NCBI RefSeq assembly: GCF_032116555.1
Contig: NZ_CP134949.1
Location: 1,240,001 to 1,304,000 of the forward strand
Length of the DNA: 64,000 nt
Direction: 5' to 3'
Source of the DNA: Halorarum halobium
GTDB lineage: Archaea > Halobacteriota > Halobacteria > Halobacteriales > Haloferacaceae
Positions 1 through 8,563 of this stretch are shown here, piece after piece (within the stretch, counting starts at the first letter, position 1; each line of letters starts with the position of its first letter). The notes beneath the pieces were generated by a model, which had not been told where the DNA came from, did no database searches, and saw only the letters and a list, made by a program, of their open reading frames with translations. Both the position numbers and the translations under genes were made by a program.

Positions 1-1
1 G

Positions 2-1882
2 ACGGTCACGCATTCGTTCGACTCCCCCGGAGAGTACACGATTTCCGCGACAGTGACCGACGAGGACGGGAGCTCGGCCACCGCGACACACCAGGTCGAG
101 GTGTACGGTGCGGGGGAACCGGTCGTCTCGATTTTCGGGCCGGATACGGCGCCTGCCGGATCGACCCAGTCGTACACGTTGGAGGCCTACGATCCGGACG
201 GTGGCGAACTCACGATATCGTGGGACCCTGCACAGACGCAACTCGAACGAGACGCGACGAGGTTCCGGAACCACGTCTCAATGGACTCGCCACCGGGCGA
301 TACGGCTACCGTCTCGGTACGGGTTAGTGACGATGAAGGGAACTCTGTTACCGTGGAGAAGCGGACTAGAGTAACTCAAACGACAAGAGTTACTTCTCGA
401 AAAAACACTACTCCAATAGTTGGTGATATTCGATCATACTATTATCTCGACGATTCTACTCAACAATCGGACACGGATACGATCGAGGGTGGGACCTACG
501 CCTTCTCCGCAGACATTACGAGCGGGACCCCGGGACCCGTTTCTGTCGAGTGGGAATTTAACGATAGTACTACTATCACAAAATCATTGGGTGAATTAAA
601 TGGAACACGAACTTCGAGTATCGAACATCAGTTCGTCTCCGAGAAGGGATCGGTACGTTCTATCGCTCTCTGGGTAGAGGCGACTGACGAAAACGGTAAC
701 AGTAGTAGACAGAAATGGACGAGCAGAGTCAACACGATCGCAACCCATTCAAATATTTCGTTTAAAGCCTCTGGAGGCGGTGAGACGGTAGGTTCGGGGG
801 GAACCCTCGAAGTTACAGTGGGGTCTGAGGTCGTTTTCGACCTTTTCTCGTATCAGCACTATAAGATTGAAATGGGTGACGGAGTAGTGGTCACGGGGCC
901 TGACTCGACTGAGTGGCAGGAAGTTACACACGTTTACGACGAGGTCGGAACGCATTCGGTTCAATTGACCTCCATTCAGGGGTCCGATGGATACGCGCTC
1001 AAACGGGTCAAGGTAAAGGTAACCCGAAACTCCTACACCGAGTATCGATACAAGGTCTCCAACGATCAGCACGAGAAGACTATCGCACCATCACGGCCAC
1101 CGGGAAATGACTGGAACAAGGTGGAAATTAACCACGCAGAGAGGTATCTGACGGGCCAGACGTACACCCACCAGGGAAGTCAAGCCGACCATCTCGATCT
1201 GGGTGACAACTGGATCGTCACCGACTCATATACGGAACAGCGGCAACGGACTGATCATCAGGTCGCTAGATCGGACCCGGACGGTAGCGGTGAGACTTGG
1301 ACGCTCACGGACTCGAACGTCCGTCAGGAGACGAGGACGGTCTACGAGAACCAGTACCGGTGGTACGAAGACAAGTATGGCGTGCCGGGATGGTCCCAGA
1401 CCGGGGAGACGCGAACCGATCTCGTCGTTGTCGGAGATGGTCACGATCACGACCGAACTCGGCACGAAGAGACGACCCGGGGTTCATGTGCGGATCGACG
1501 TCTTGACCCCACTCCCGGCGGCGGCTTCGGCGTGGTCTGTGTCGAATGGAACTACAATACTCGGGTCTGGTACTCGGGACACGATCACGACGGGAGGACC
1601 TACTACGATACCGACTACCGCTATCACAGGGAGGTTAAACAGACGAAGGACGTCTGGCTGCACAGGTACAGCCGTACAACGACCGAGGCTGTTCCGGTTA
1701 CGGTGTTTAGCGAAACTGCAAGTCGAAACTACTGGGTCTGGAAGCGACTTATCAATTCGAAATATTCAACAGAATACTCCTTAACTAAACCAAGGAAAGG
1801 AGCTTACGTTGATGGTACGCTTGAAAGTGTGGTGGTTAACTGTGGTGGAAAAGGTGGGCACCATGATGACCTGATGTGTTGA
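2..1882 (+). CDS. PKD/Ig-like repeat cell-surface protein, 5' end outside the window
   Basis: The frame is open from base 2 (TVTHSFDSPGEYTISATVTDEDG). Several PKD-like motifs follow (VEWEFND, IEMGDG..VTHVYDEVGTHSVQLT), then a Thr/Trp/Tyr-rich C-terminal half. Confidence 0.8.
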   Translation, partial: TVTHSFDSPGEYTISATVTDEDGSSATATHQVEVYGAGEPVVSIFGPDTAPAGSTQSYTLEAYDPDGGELTISWDPAQTQLERDATRFRNHVSMDSPPGDTATVSVRVSDDEGNSVTVEKRTRVTQTTRVTSRKNTTPIVGDIRSYYYLDDSTQQSDTDTIEGGTYAFSADITSGTPGPVSVEWEFNDSTTITKSLGELNGTRTSSIEHQFVSEKGSVRSIALWVEATDENGNSSRQKWTSRVNTIATHSNISFKASGGGETVGSGGTLEVTVGSEVVFDLFSYQHYKIEMGDGVVVTGPDSTEWQEVTHVYDEVGTHSVQLTSIQGSDGYALKRVKVKVTRNSYTEYRYKVSNDQHEKTIAPSRPPGNDWNKVEINHAERYLTGQTYTHQGSQADHLDLGDNWIVTDSYTEQRQRTDHQVARSDPDGSGETWTLTDSNVRQETRTVYENQYRWYEDKYGVPGWSQTGETRTDLVVVGDGHDHDRTRHEETTRGSCADRRLDPTPGGGFGVVCVEWNYNTRVWYSGHDHDGRTYYDTDYRYHREVKQTKDVWLHRYSRTTTEAVPVTVFSETASRNYWVWKRLINSKYSTEYSLTKPRKGAYVDGTLESVVVNCGGKGGHHDDLMC

Positions 1883-1973
1883 GGATCTATAATAAATTTA
1901 ATAAGTATATGTGGGAATTTAGAACAAGAGTGAGCTGCGAACACGCTCTGGACAAAATTTGGGGTGACATATC

Positions 1974-2681
1974 GTGAGTGAACATAGCAAAGACGGGAGA
2001 AACGGTAAAAATTCTCCCAATGGAAAGTTCCAGCATTCGGACACTGGTTGTCGTTTGGCATTGGCAGCGATGTTGCTGAGTCTGATGCTGGTCCTTTCAG
2101 GTTGTAGTGCGGTTGCCAATTATGCGGAGGGAACCGACAGAAGTTCTCCATCTCCAACACCGACTGATTTACCCTATTCCACACAGTCTGGATTCGGCCA
2201 GCCGGATGAATCAATTTCTACCCCTCGACCACTCCAGAACAAAACGCCTCGTAGTGATATTAACGTGAGTTTGGTGGAGGAATCACTTGTTACTGAACTA
2301 AATACATATCGAACCCGAAAAAACCTGGGCCAGCTAGTCTCTGATCCTCGTTTAGCTATCATTGCAAGGAACCACTCTCATGATATGGCTAAGCAGGGGT
2401 TCTTTTCGCATACCAATCCGGACGGACTAACGAGCGAAGATAGAGCTAGGCGGAACAGTTATAATTGTGGAATCTCCGCGGAAAATATACACCACGATGG
2501 ATGGAAGACGGGAAATCTCTCAACTGAAGATGAACTTGCTGAAGAAACAATTGGTGCGTTCATTCAATCGCCGCCTCATAATCAGGCGATGCTCATCATC
2601 GACCTCACAACAGTAGGTATCGGAATCTATGTTACTAGTGATAGGCATGTGTATGTAACAATGATGCTTTGCGGCAGTTGA
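1974..2681 (+). CDS. CAP/SCP-domain lipoprotein
   Basis: Hydrophobic signal ending in the lipobox LSGC. CAP motifs: LNTYR, ARNHSHDMA..FFSH, AENI, SPPHNQAML, VGIGI. True start uncertain. Confidence 0.85.
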   Translation: MSEHSKDGRNGKNSPNGKFQHSDTGCRLALAAMLLSLMLVLSGCSAVANYAEGTDRSSPSPTPTDLPYSTQSGFGQPDESISTPRPLQNKTPRSDINVSLVEESLVTELNTYRTRKNLGQLVSDPRLAIIARNHSHDMAKQGFFSHTNPDGLTSEDRARRNSYNCGISAENIHHDGWKTGNLSTEDELAEETIGAFIQSPPHNQAMLIIDLTTVGIGIYVTSDRHVYVTMMLCGS

Positions 2682-2728
2682 CTTAATTAATACGAATATA
2701 TAAGTAATATTGGCTGGCCAGAGCAGGT

Positions 2729-3424
2729 GTGAGAAATTCAACCCGCCGCAAGTTCCTGGCAGGATTTCTTTGCACCACTATGACAGCCCTGAGCGGCTGC
2801 ACCAAATTACTCGAAGAAAGCAACTCACAACCGGACCGGACTCGAAACCCGAACGAAACCTACACCACGGCCCAGAAGACGACCACCTTCTCACACAAGG
2901 GAACGCGGACGCCGTTTCCCGGTGTCGAATCGATCTACGCCGGTGGACCGGGTGGCACCCTCGTCATCACCTACTTCGACTACTCACACGACGCTTCGCT
3001 CAGGTGGTGGCGCGAGGAGTACCCCGAACTCAGGGACCTTATCGAGGACGGGAAACTGCGACTGACACTCATGATGTTTCCAAAGCCCGTGGACCGCTGG
3101 TCGGTGATGCTCCCTGCCGCACTGTTTCAGGTCCGTGCGGAGACCGATCGGGAAGCCGCGTGGGCGTTCCATGAGTCGCTCGTTTCGGCCGAAGAGTACT
3201 CGCTGGACCTGATCGAGCGGACCGCAGCCGATGCCGGGGCCGACCCGGAGTCGGTAACCGCGGCCGCACGGCAACGACGCCGGCGGAATCAGATGTTCGC
3301 CGACAAGGCGATGGGCGAGGACAGCGGCGTCGAGTTGCTCCCGGCGATGCGCTGGGGATTCGAGTCGATCGGGGGCACCTCGGCGGCCGACGTTCGATCG
3401 TTCATCAAAGAGCAGAACTCGTAG
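2729..3424 (+). CDS. Tat-exported DsbA/thioredoxin-fold lipoprotein lacking CxxC
   Basis: TRRKFL twin-arginine signal plus LSGC lipobox. DsbA-like segments YFDYSHDAS, AWAFHESL and GVELLP (cis-Pro loop). Confidence 0.7.
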   Translation: MRNSTRRKFLAGFLCTTMTALSGCTKLLEESNSQPDRTRNPNETYTTAQKTTTFSHKGTRTPFPGVESIYAGGPGGTLVITYFDYSHDASLRWWREEYPELRDLIEDGKLRLTLMMFPKPVDRWSVMLPAALFQVRAETDREAAWAFHESLVSAEEYSLDLIERTAADAGADPESVTAAARQRRRRNQMFADKAMGEDSGVELLPAMRWGFESIGGTSAADVRSFIKEQNS

Positions 3425-3492
3425 ACGCTTCACTCGGGGGGCGACGTCACTTCACTCCGAACCGGAAATATCACCTCTGGGCAGCTGACCTC

Positions 3493-3726
3493 TCAGAAGC
3501 GTTCGTCGGCCAGCCGCTCCGCGTGCTCGCTCGACTCCGCGACGATCCAGCGGACCTTCGCCGCCTCACCGTACGCGAGTTCCTCCTTTAGCTCGTCGCG
3601 CAGCACACCGACTCCGTAGCCGAGTGATTCGCCCGACTCGTCGCCAAGTTCGTACACGCCGTACCGTTCCGGAGCGGTGCCGACGGCGGCCCGGTCGAAC
3701 TCGCGCCACTGCTTGTGGAGGCTCAT
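3493..3726 (-). CDS. small haloarchaeal protein with GIY-YIG-like motif
   Basis: 77 aa, acidic, GVYELGD..LGYGVG.LRDEL. Overlaps the upstream ORF by 4 nt. Confidence 0.7.
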   Translation of the reverse strand: MSLHKQWREFDRAAVGTAPERYGVYELGDESGESLGYGVGVLRDELKEELAYGEAAKVRWIVAESSEHAERLADERF

Positions 3727-4193
3727 CTGTCCCCGCCCTCCCCCGTCCCCTCACGCGACTCCGCGTCGACGAACTCGTAACTCTGTTCGCCCCAGTCGTC
3801 CTCGACGAAGGCGAACACCCGTCCGCGGGCAACCGCCGGATCGGCATCCAGTTCCGTGCGCTGGCCGCCCGGTCGCCGGGCAGTCACGCCCGGAAACAGT
3901 TCCTCCTCGTCGCCCTCCCCCAGGATGACCCGGCCGACGCCGGTGTCCGCGAGGATGTCGTCGTGCGTCTTCAGATCGTTCACGTACAGCAGGACGCCCT
4001 CCGACTCGGTCGGGTCCGTGACGAGGACGTGCGTCTGCTTTCCCGGCTGGGTCGTGAGCGACCCTTCGACGGTCTGGGGGACGCCGTGATAGAACGTGAC
4101 CCGGCCGTCGAGGTACTCGACCTCGACGCCCTCCTCGCGCAGGGCGACCGAGACGGTCGCGGGGGCGACGTCGCTCCGGTTCGGCGCGCTCAT
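3723..4193 (-). CDS. haloarchaeal hypothetical protein (DUF5796-like)
   Basis: Acidic 156-aa ORF (GVEVEYLDGRVTFYHGVP), divergent from aroK. Family label is from recall. Confidence 0.7.
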   Translation of the reverse strand: MSAPNRSDVAPATVSVALREEGVEVEYLDGRVTFYHGVPQTVEGSLTTQPGKQTHVLVTDPTESEGVLLYVNDLKTHDDILADTGVGRVILGEGDEEELFPGVTARRPGGQRTELDADPAVARGRVFAFVEDDWGEQSYEFVDAESREGTGEGGDR

Positions 4194-4377
4194 GGGCGAC
4201 CGTACTGGCGGCGGGGGAATAAGCCCCGCGACAGCGGTCGTGCCCGTCCGTCACGCGCGGCTCTCGAGGCGGCGGGGTGGGCTTTGGCCTGGCCGGCGAC
4301 GGGCAGTGCTCAGGTCGAACGGCGGCGAACGGTGTGACGACCGCCACACTCAAACCCGGTCCGCACGCCGTTCCCTC

Positions 4378-5250
4378 ATGGAGGGCCGCGCGACCGCGCC
4401 AGGGGCCGGGACCGTCGTCAACGCGCTCGCAACCGGCGTCGGATCGGCGTTCGCACTCGACATCGAGACGACGGCGACCGTCAGTCTCGACGCCGAGGCC
4501 GACGCCGTAACCGGGGAAATCGCGGACGACCCCGACGGGGAAACGACCCTCATCGAGCGTTGCGTCGAGCGCGTCGTGACGGAGTACGGGACGGACGAGG
4601 GCGGCACGGTGCGGACCGAGAGCGAGGTGCCGATGGCCGCGGGGTTGAAATCCTCGAGCGCCGCCGCAAACGCGGCGGTGCTGGCGACCCTGGACGCGCT
4701 GGGCTGGGAGGTCGCCGACGACCCCGACGCTGACGTGACCAGAACCGACGCCTGTCGGCTCGGCGTGGCCGCAGCACGCGACGCGGGCGTCACCGTCACG
4801 GGAGCGTTCGACGACGCCTCGGCGAGCATGCTCGGCGGCGTCACCGTGACGGACAACGGCGCCGACGACCTGCTCGACCGATCGTCGTTCGAGCACGACG
4901 CGCTCGTCTGGACGCCGCCGGAACGGGCCTACAGCGCCGACGCCGACGTGGAGCGCTGCGAGCGAGTCGCGCCGATGGCCGACCTCGCGGCTGACCTCGC
5001 CCTCGGTGGCGACCACAAGCGGGCGATGACCGTCAACGGCCTCGCGTTCTCGGCGGCGCTGGATTTCCCGACCGATCCCGCCGTCGAGGCGATGCCGAAC
5101 TGTGCGGGCGTCTCGCTGTCGGGCACCGGTCCGAGCGTCGTGGCCGTCGGCTCGGTCGCGGGACTGGACCGCGTCGAGGAGCAGTGGGCGAAACGAGCGG
5201 GCGAGACGATCAGGACGCGAACGCGGAACACGGGGGCCAGAGTCTCATGA
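4378..5250 (+). CDS. aroK: archaeal shikimate kinase (GHMP family)
   Basis: GAGTVVNALATGVGSAF, PMAAGLKSSSAAANA, TVTGAFDDASAS, LSGTGPS. ATG at 4378. Confidence 0.95.
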   Translation: MEGRATAPGAGTVVNALATGVGSAFALDIETTATVSLDAEADAVTGEIADDPDGETTLIERCVERVVTEYGTDEGGTVRTESEVPMAAGLKSSSAAANAAVLATLDALGWEVADDPDADVTRTDACRLGVAAARDAGVTVTGAFDDASASMLGGVTVTDNGADDLLDRSSFEHDALVWTPPERAYSADADVERCERVAPMADLAADLALGGDHKRAMTVNGLAFSAALDFPTDPAVEAMPNCAGVSLSGTGPSVVAVGSVAGLDRVEEQWAKRAGETIRTRTRNTGARVS

Positions 5251-5540
5251 ACGATACGCAGAATCCGGACGAGATGGAACTGGACGAGCTCCGCAAGGAG
5301 ATCGAGGACATCGACCGCGAACTGGTCGAACTCATCGCACGGCGAACGTACGTCGCCGACACGATCGCGGGCGTGAAAGCCCAGCGTGACCTCCCGACGA
5401 CCGACGAGGATCAGGAGCAGCGCGTGATGGACCGGGCCGGTGAGAACGCTGAACGGTTCGACGTCGACGCGAACCTGGTGAAGGCCATCTTCCGGCTTCT
5501 CATCGAGTTGAACAAGGTCGAGCAGCGCGAGAGCAGGTAG
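5247..5540 (+). CDS. chorismate mutase (AroQ type)
   Basis: LDELRKEIEDIDRELVELIARR. ATGA overlap with the aroK stop. Confidence 0.92.
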   Translation: MNDTQNPDEMELDELRKEIEDIDRELVELIARRTYVADTIAGVKAQRDLPTTDEDQEQRVMDRAGENAERFDVDANLVKAIFRLLIELNKVEQRESR

Positions 5541-5606
5541 TTAACCGGCACGCGACCACGCGGTCGATTGCCGGTCGAAATTCGTGGAAGGTGGCGAGCC
5601 CCCGGC

Positions 5607-5948
5607 TCAGGATGGCGGCTCCGATTCGAGGGGGCCGAAGCGACTGGCGACTCCGTAGAGGAGAACGGCCACGGTGCTGATGACCAGCCCGATACTGAAG
5701 AGGATCGTGAGGAGTTCGCGGGGGGACTGAACGATGAACTGCCTCCCGACCGCGACGGAGTAGAGGCGGAACACGACGCCGTCGAACGCGAACGCGGCCA
5801 GGAACCCACCGATACTGACACACCCGATACCGAGAGTCCACCGTAATCGCGCCGGTACCGTGAGGGACCGACGTGTGCCATCAGCGTACGTGACGCCCAT
5901 GGCGAGCAACACGACGGGAGGCGCAACGACCAGAGGGTGAAGGGACAC
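5607..5948 (-). CDS. small membrane protein
   Basis: Three hydrophobic segments. Minus-strand TTTAT about 30 nt before the GTG start. Confidence 0.65.
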   Translation of the reverse strand: MSLHPLVVAPPVVLLAMGVTYADGTRRSLTVPARLRWTLGIGCVSIGGFLAAFAFDGVVFRLYSVAVGRQFIVQSPRELLTILFSIGLVISTVAVLLYGVASRFGPLESEPPS

Positions 5949-6070
5949 GTGTCCGAACTCGAATCAGCCCCTGATAAATGTCGCACACTGGACGAACGGC
6001 GTGAATCGCGGCATTCCAACCCGGATCGGCCGCAGTTTCACTCGACGTGTCGCCGGCTGCGGAGGTCACC

Positions 6071-6751
6071 TCAGTCCGTCCAGCGTCTGTGGACGCGCTC
6101 GGTGACGTTCGGATACTCGTCCCGCAGCGTCTCGACGTCGGTCTGGCCGCCGACGTTGACGACGTGGACCTCGCCCCGCCGTCCGGGGTAGGCGTCCTGG
6201 AAGTCGTAGACGACCCCGACAACGGTGGTCCCGTCCGGGACGTCCTCGCTGCCCACGAGAAACCCGACCTGCCTGTCGACGTTGTACTCGACGAGGTTGT
6301 TGATCGCGTCCTCGCGGGGGAGATCCGACGGAAGCGACTCGACGCCCGCTTCCAGGTGCGGTTCCAGCAGGTCAAGGCAGTGTTCGATCCCCGCGGGCTC
6401 GGAGATCCCGTCGGTCAGATCGTCGTAGGCGGCAGTGACGGCGCCACACCCGGTGTGTCCGACGACGACGACGGTGTCGGTGTGGGTGTGTGCGACGGGA
6501 TAGAGAACGTCGCCGGAGACGACCGGTCCCGAGTCGGTCCGCTGTACGACCCGATTGCCGATGTTGCTACACGTGAAGACGCGGCCGGGCCGGTCGTTGC
6601 CCCACATGTGATCCTGGAGCACGCGTGAGTCCGAACAGCAGACGGTGACCGCGTCCGGCCGCTGGGAGTCCTGCACGTCGTCGAACCGCGACTCGAACTC
6701 CCCGAGGTGGTCCGAGTTCCCCTCCAGCATCTCGACTAGCGTTTCGAGCAT
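6071..6751 (-). CDS. beta-class carbonic anhydrase
   Basis: Zinc ligands in CSDSR and HTGCGAV. Confidence 0.92.
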   Translation of the reverse strand: MLETLVEMLEGNSDHLGEFESRFDDVQDSQRPDAVTVCCSDSRVLQDHMWGNDRPGRVFTCSNIGNRVVQRTDSGPVVSGDVLYPVAHTHTDTVVVVGHTGCGAVTAAYDDLTDGISEPAGIEHCLDLLEPHLEAGVESLPSDLPREDAINNLVEYNVDRQVGFLVGSEDVPDGTTVVGVVYDFQDAYPGRRGEVHVVNVGGQTDVETLRDEYPNVTERVHRRWTD

Positions 6752-6861
6752 ACGTCGTGAGAACGAGAACGACTCCCCGACCTATACGTTTTGGTCGTCC
6801 GGTTCGGGGCGGTCACCACTGGCGGAGGTGAGTCGGCTCGGCGTCGAACTGGCTCGTGGAC

Positions 6862-7077
6862 TCAGAACTCGGCGTGGCGGAGCCACTCGACCGCCGTCAT
6901 GACGAACCAGCCCATCCAGACCGAGAAGGCGACGAGGGCGGCGGCGTAGTAGGCCACCTCCGACCCCACCGCGGCCGCGACGCCGAAGGCGAGCACGACG
7001 ATGGCGAGCGCGAGGAGGTGGTGACGCCACTCGCCCGGGGAGTCTGACGCCTCGACGCGCGCCGGCGGCTTCGACAC
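6862..7077 (-). CDS. small two-TM membrane protein
   Basis: Two hydrophobic helices (LLALAIVVLAFGVAAAV; YYAAALVAFSVWMGWFV). Confidence 0.6.
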   Translation of the reverse strand: MSKPPARVEASDSPGEWRHHLLALAIVVLAFGVAAAVGSEVAYYAAALVAFSVWMGWFVMTAVEWLRHAEF

Positions 7078-7235
7078 GGCGGGGATTGGCCACCGACGAC
7101 CAAATAGCTGCGGCCGGGTTCGGGAGGAGCGCCGCGTTCCCCGCCGAGGACATTATATTACCTAATATGCTATTCAGTCTCTAAGGAACACCCAAAGCAA
7201 CGCTCAAATACCGTCGATTGATAGCCGGTGTCACG

Positions 7236-7379
7236 ATGACGGACTCCACCATGAAAGACGTGAGCCACACGCCGCCACACGGCGTCTCGGCCGACGCCGT
7301 GTGGGAACGAGGCGGGGAGAACGAACCGACACCCGAAGCCGACGCGGACGCGGCCGACCGGACGCCCGCGGACGACTGA
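7236..7379 (+). CDS. 47-aa acidic small protein (absent from the ORF track)
   Basis: ATG 7236 to TGA 7379 reads MTDSTMKDVSHTPPHGVSADAVWERGGENEPTPEADADAADRTPADD. AT-rich region upstream (7150-7210). Confidence 0.6.
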   Translation: MTDSTMKDVSHTPPHGVSADAVWERGGENEPTPEADADAADRTPADD

Positions 7380-7567
7380 TTTTGCGCCCACTCACGGACG
7401 ATACTCACGGACCCGCCGAGCCGTAACCGACGCCTCCTGGACCCGCCGGCGACGTGAATTCCGGCCGGCCCGCTCCCCGCGGCGACTCGGTTCCGCCCCG
7501 CGACCGTGATTTTCATCGGCGATAGTCGCGGCGACGCCCTTTACTCCCGGCGACTGGAGCAACGCGT

Positions 7568-8563
7568 ATGATTCGCGTCGACGGGCTACGGAAGGTGTAC
7601 GGCGACTTCGCCGCCGTGCAGGGGAGCACCTTCACGGTCGAACCGGGGGAGATATTCGGCGTCGTCGGGCCGAACGGGGCCGGGAAGACGACGACGCTCA
7701 AGAGCGTCGCGGGGCTCATCGAGCCGACCGAGGGGACCGCGACGGTCGCGGGGTCGCCCGCCGGCGACCCGACGACCCGATCGGAGCTCGGCTTCCTCCC
7801 CGAGGAGTCGCCGCTGTACGAGGACATGACCGCCCGCTCGTACCTCCACTTCTTCGCCGACCTGTACGACGTCCCGACCGACGTGGCGACCGAGCGCATC
7901 GAGTCGGCGCTCGACGACCTCGAACTCGACCACCGGGACCGACGCCTCGGCGACGTCTCGAAGGGGATGAAGCGGAAAGTCGCAATCGCGCGCTCGCTCG
8001 TCAACGACCCGGACGTGCTGGTGTACGACGAGCCGGCATCGGGGCTCGACCCGCTGACGACGAACTACGTGCTGGAGTTCACCCGCGAACTCGCCGCGTC
8101 GGGCAAGACCGTGCTGTTCTCGGCGCACAACCTCCACCACGTCGAGTCGATCTGTGACCGCGTCGTGATCATGAACGAGGGCGAGATCGTCGCCCGCGGC
8201 ACGGTCGAGGAGATCCGGGCCGAGTACGGCGAGACGACGTACCGGGTCTTCACCACCGTCCCGGTCGAGGACGCCGAACCCGACGGCGACCGGCACGTCG
8301 TCTCCGTCGAGTCGATGGACGCGGTCGAGGCGGTCCGGGACCGGGCCACGGCGGCCGGCGGCGACGTCGTCGACATTCGGACCAGGGAGTCGACGCTGGA
8401 GGAGATCTTCCTCGACGTCGCGGAGCAGCCGATGCCGGGACGGAGTCGCGTCGTCACGGACGACGAGGCCGGCGTGGAGGAGGCCGGGACCGCGGACGAG
8501 GACGAGGGCGGGAGCGGGCCCGAGGACGGGGAGCGACGGCAGACGCCGAGGGCGGGCGAGTGA
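7568..8563 (+). CDS. ABC exporter ATP-binding subunit
   Basis: Walker A GPNGAGKTT, signature SKGMKRK, Walker B VLVYDEP, H-loop SAH. Confidence 0.95.
   Translation: MIRVDGLRKVYGDFAAVQGSTFTVEPGEIFGVVGPNGAGKTTTLKSVAGLIEPTEGTATVAGSPAGDPTTRSELGFLPEESPLYEDMTARSYLHFFADLYDVPTDVATERIESALDDLELDHRDRRLGDVSKGMKRKVAIARSLVNDPDVLVYDEPASGLDPLTTNYVLEFTRELAASGKTVLFSAHNLHHVESICDRVVIMNEGEIVARGTVEEIRAEYGETTYRVFTTVPVEDAEPDGDRHVVSVESMDAVEAVRDRATAAGGDVVDIRTRESTLEEIFLDVAEQPMPGRSRVVTDDEAGVEEAGTADEDEGGSGPEDGERRQTPRAGE

Noticed and set aside
3428..3458. CTTCACT-like repeats resembling the TTTCACTTTCA motif
   Set aside because: The match is poor and lies between convergent gene ends, not in a promoter position.
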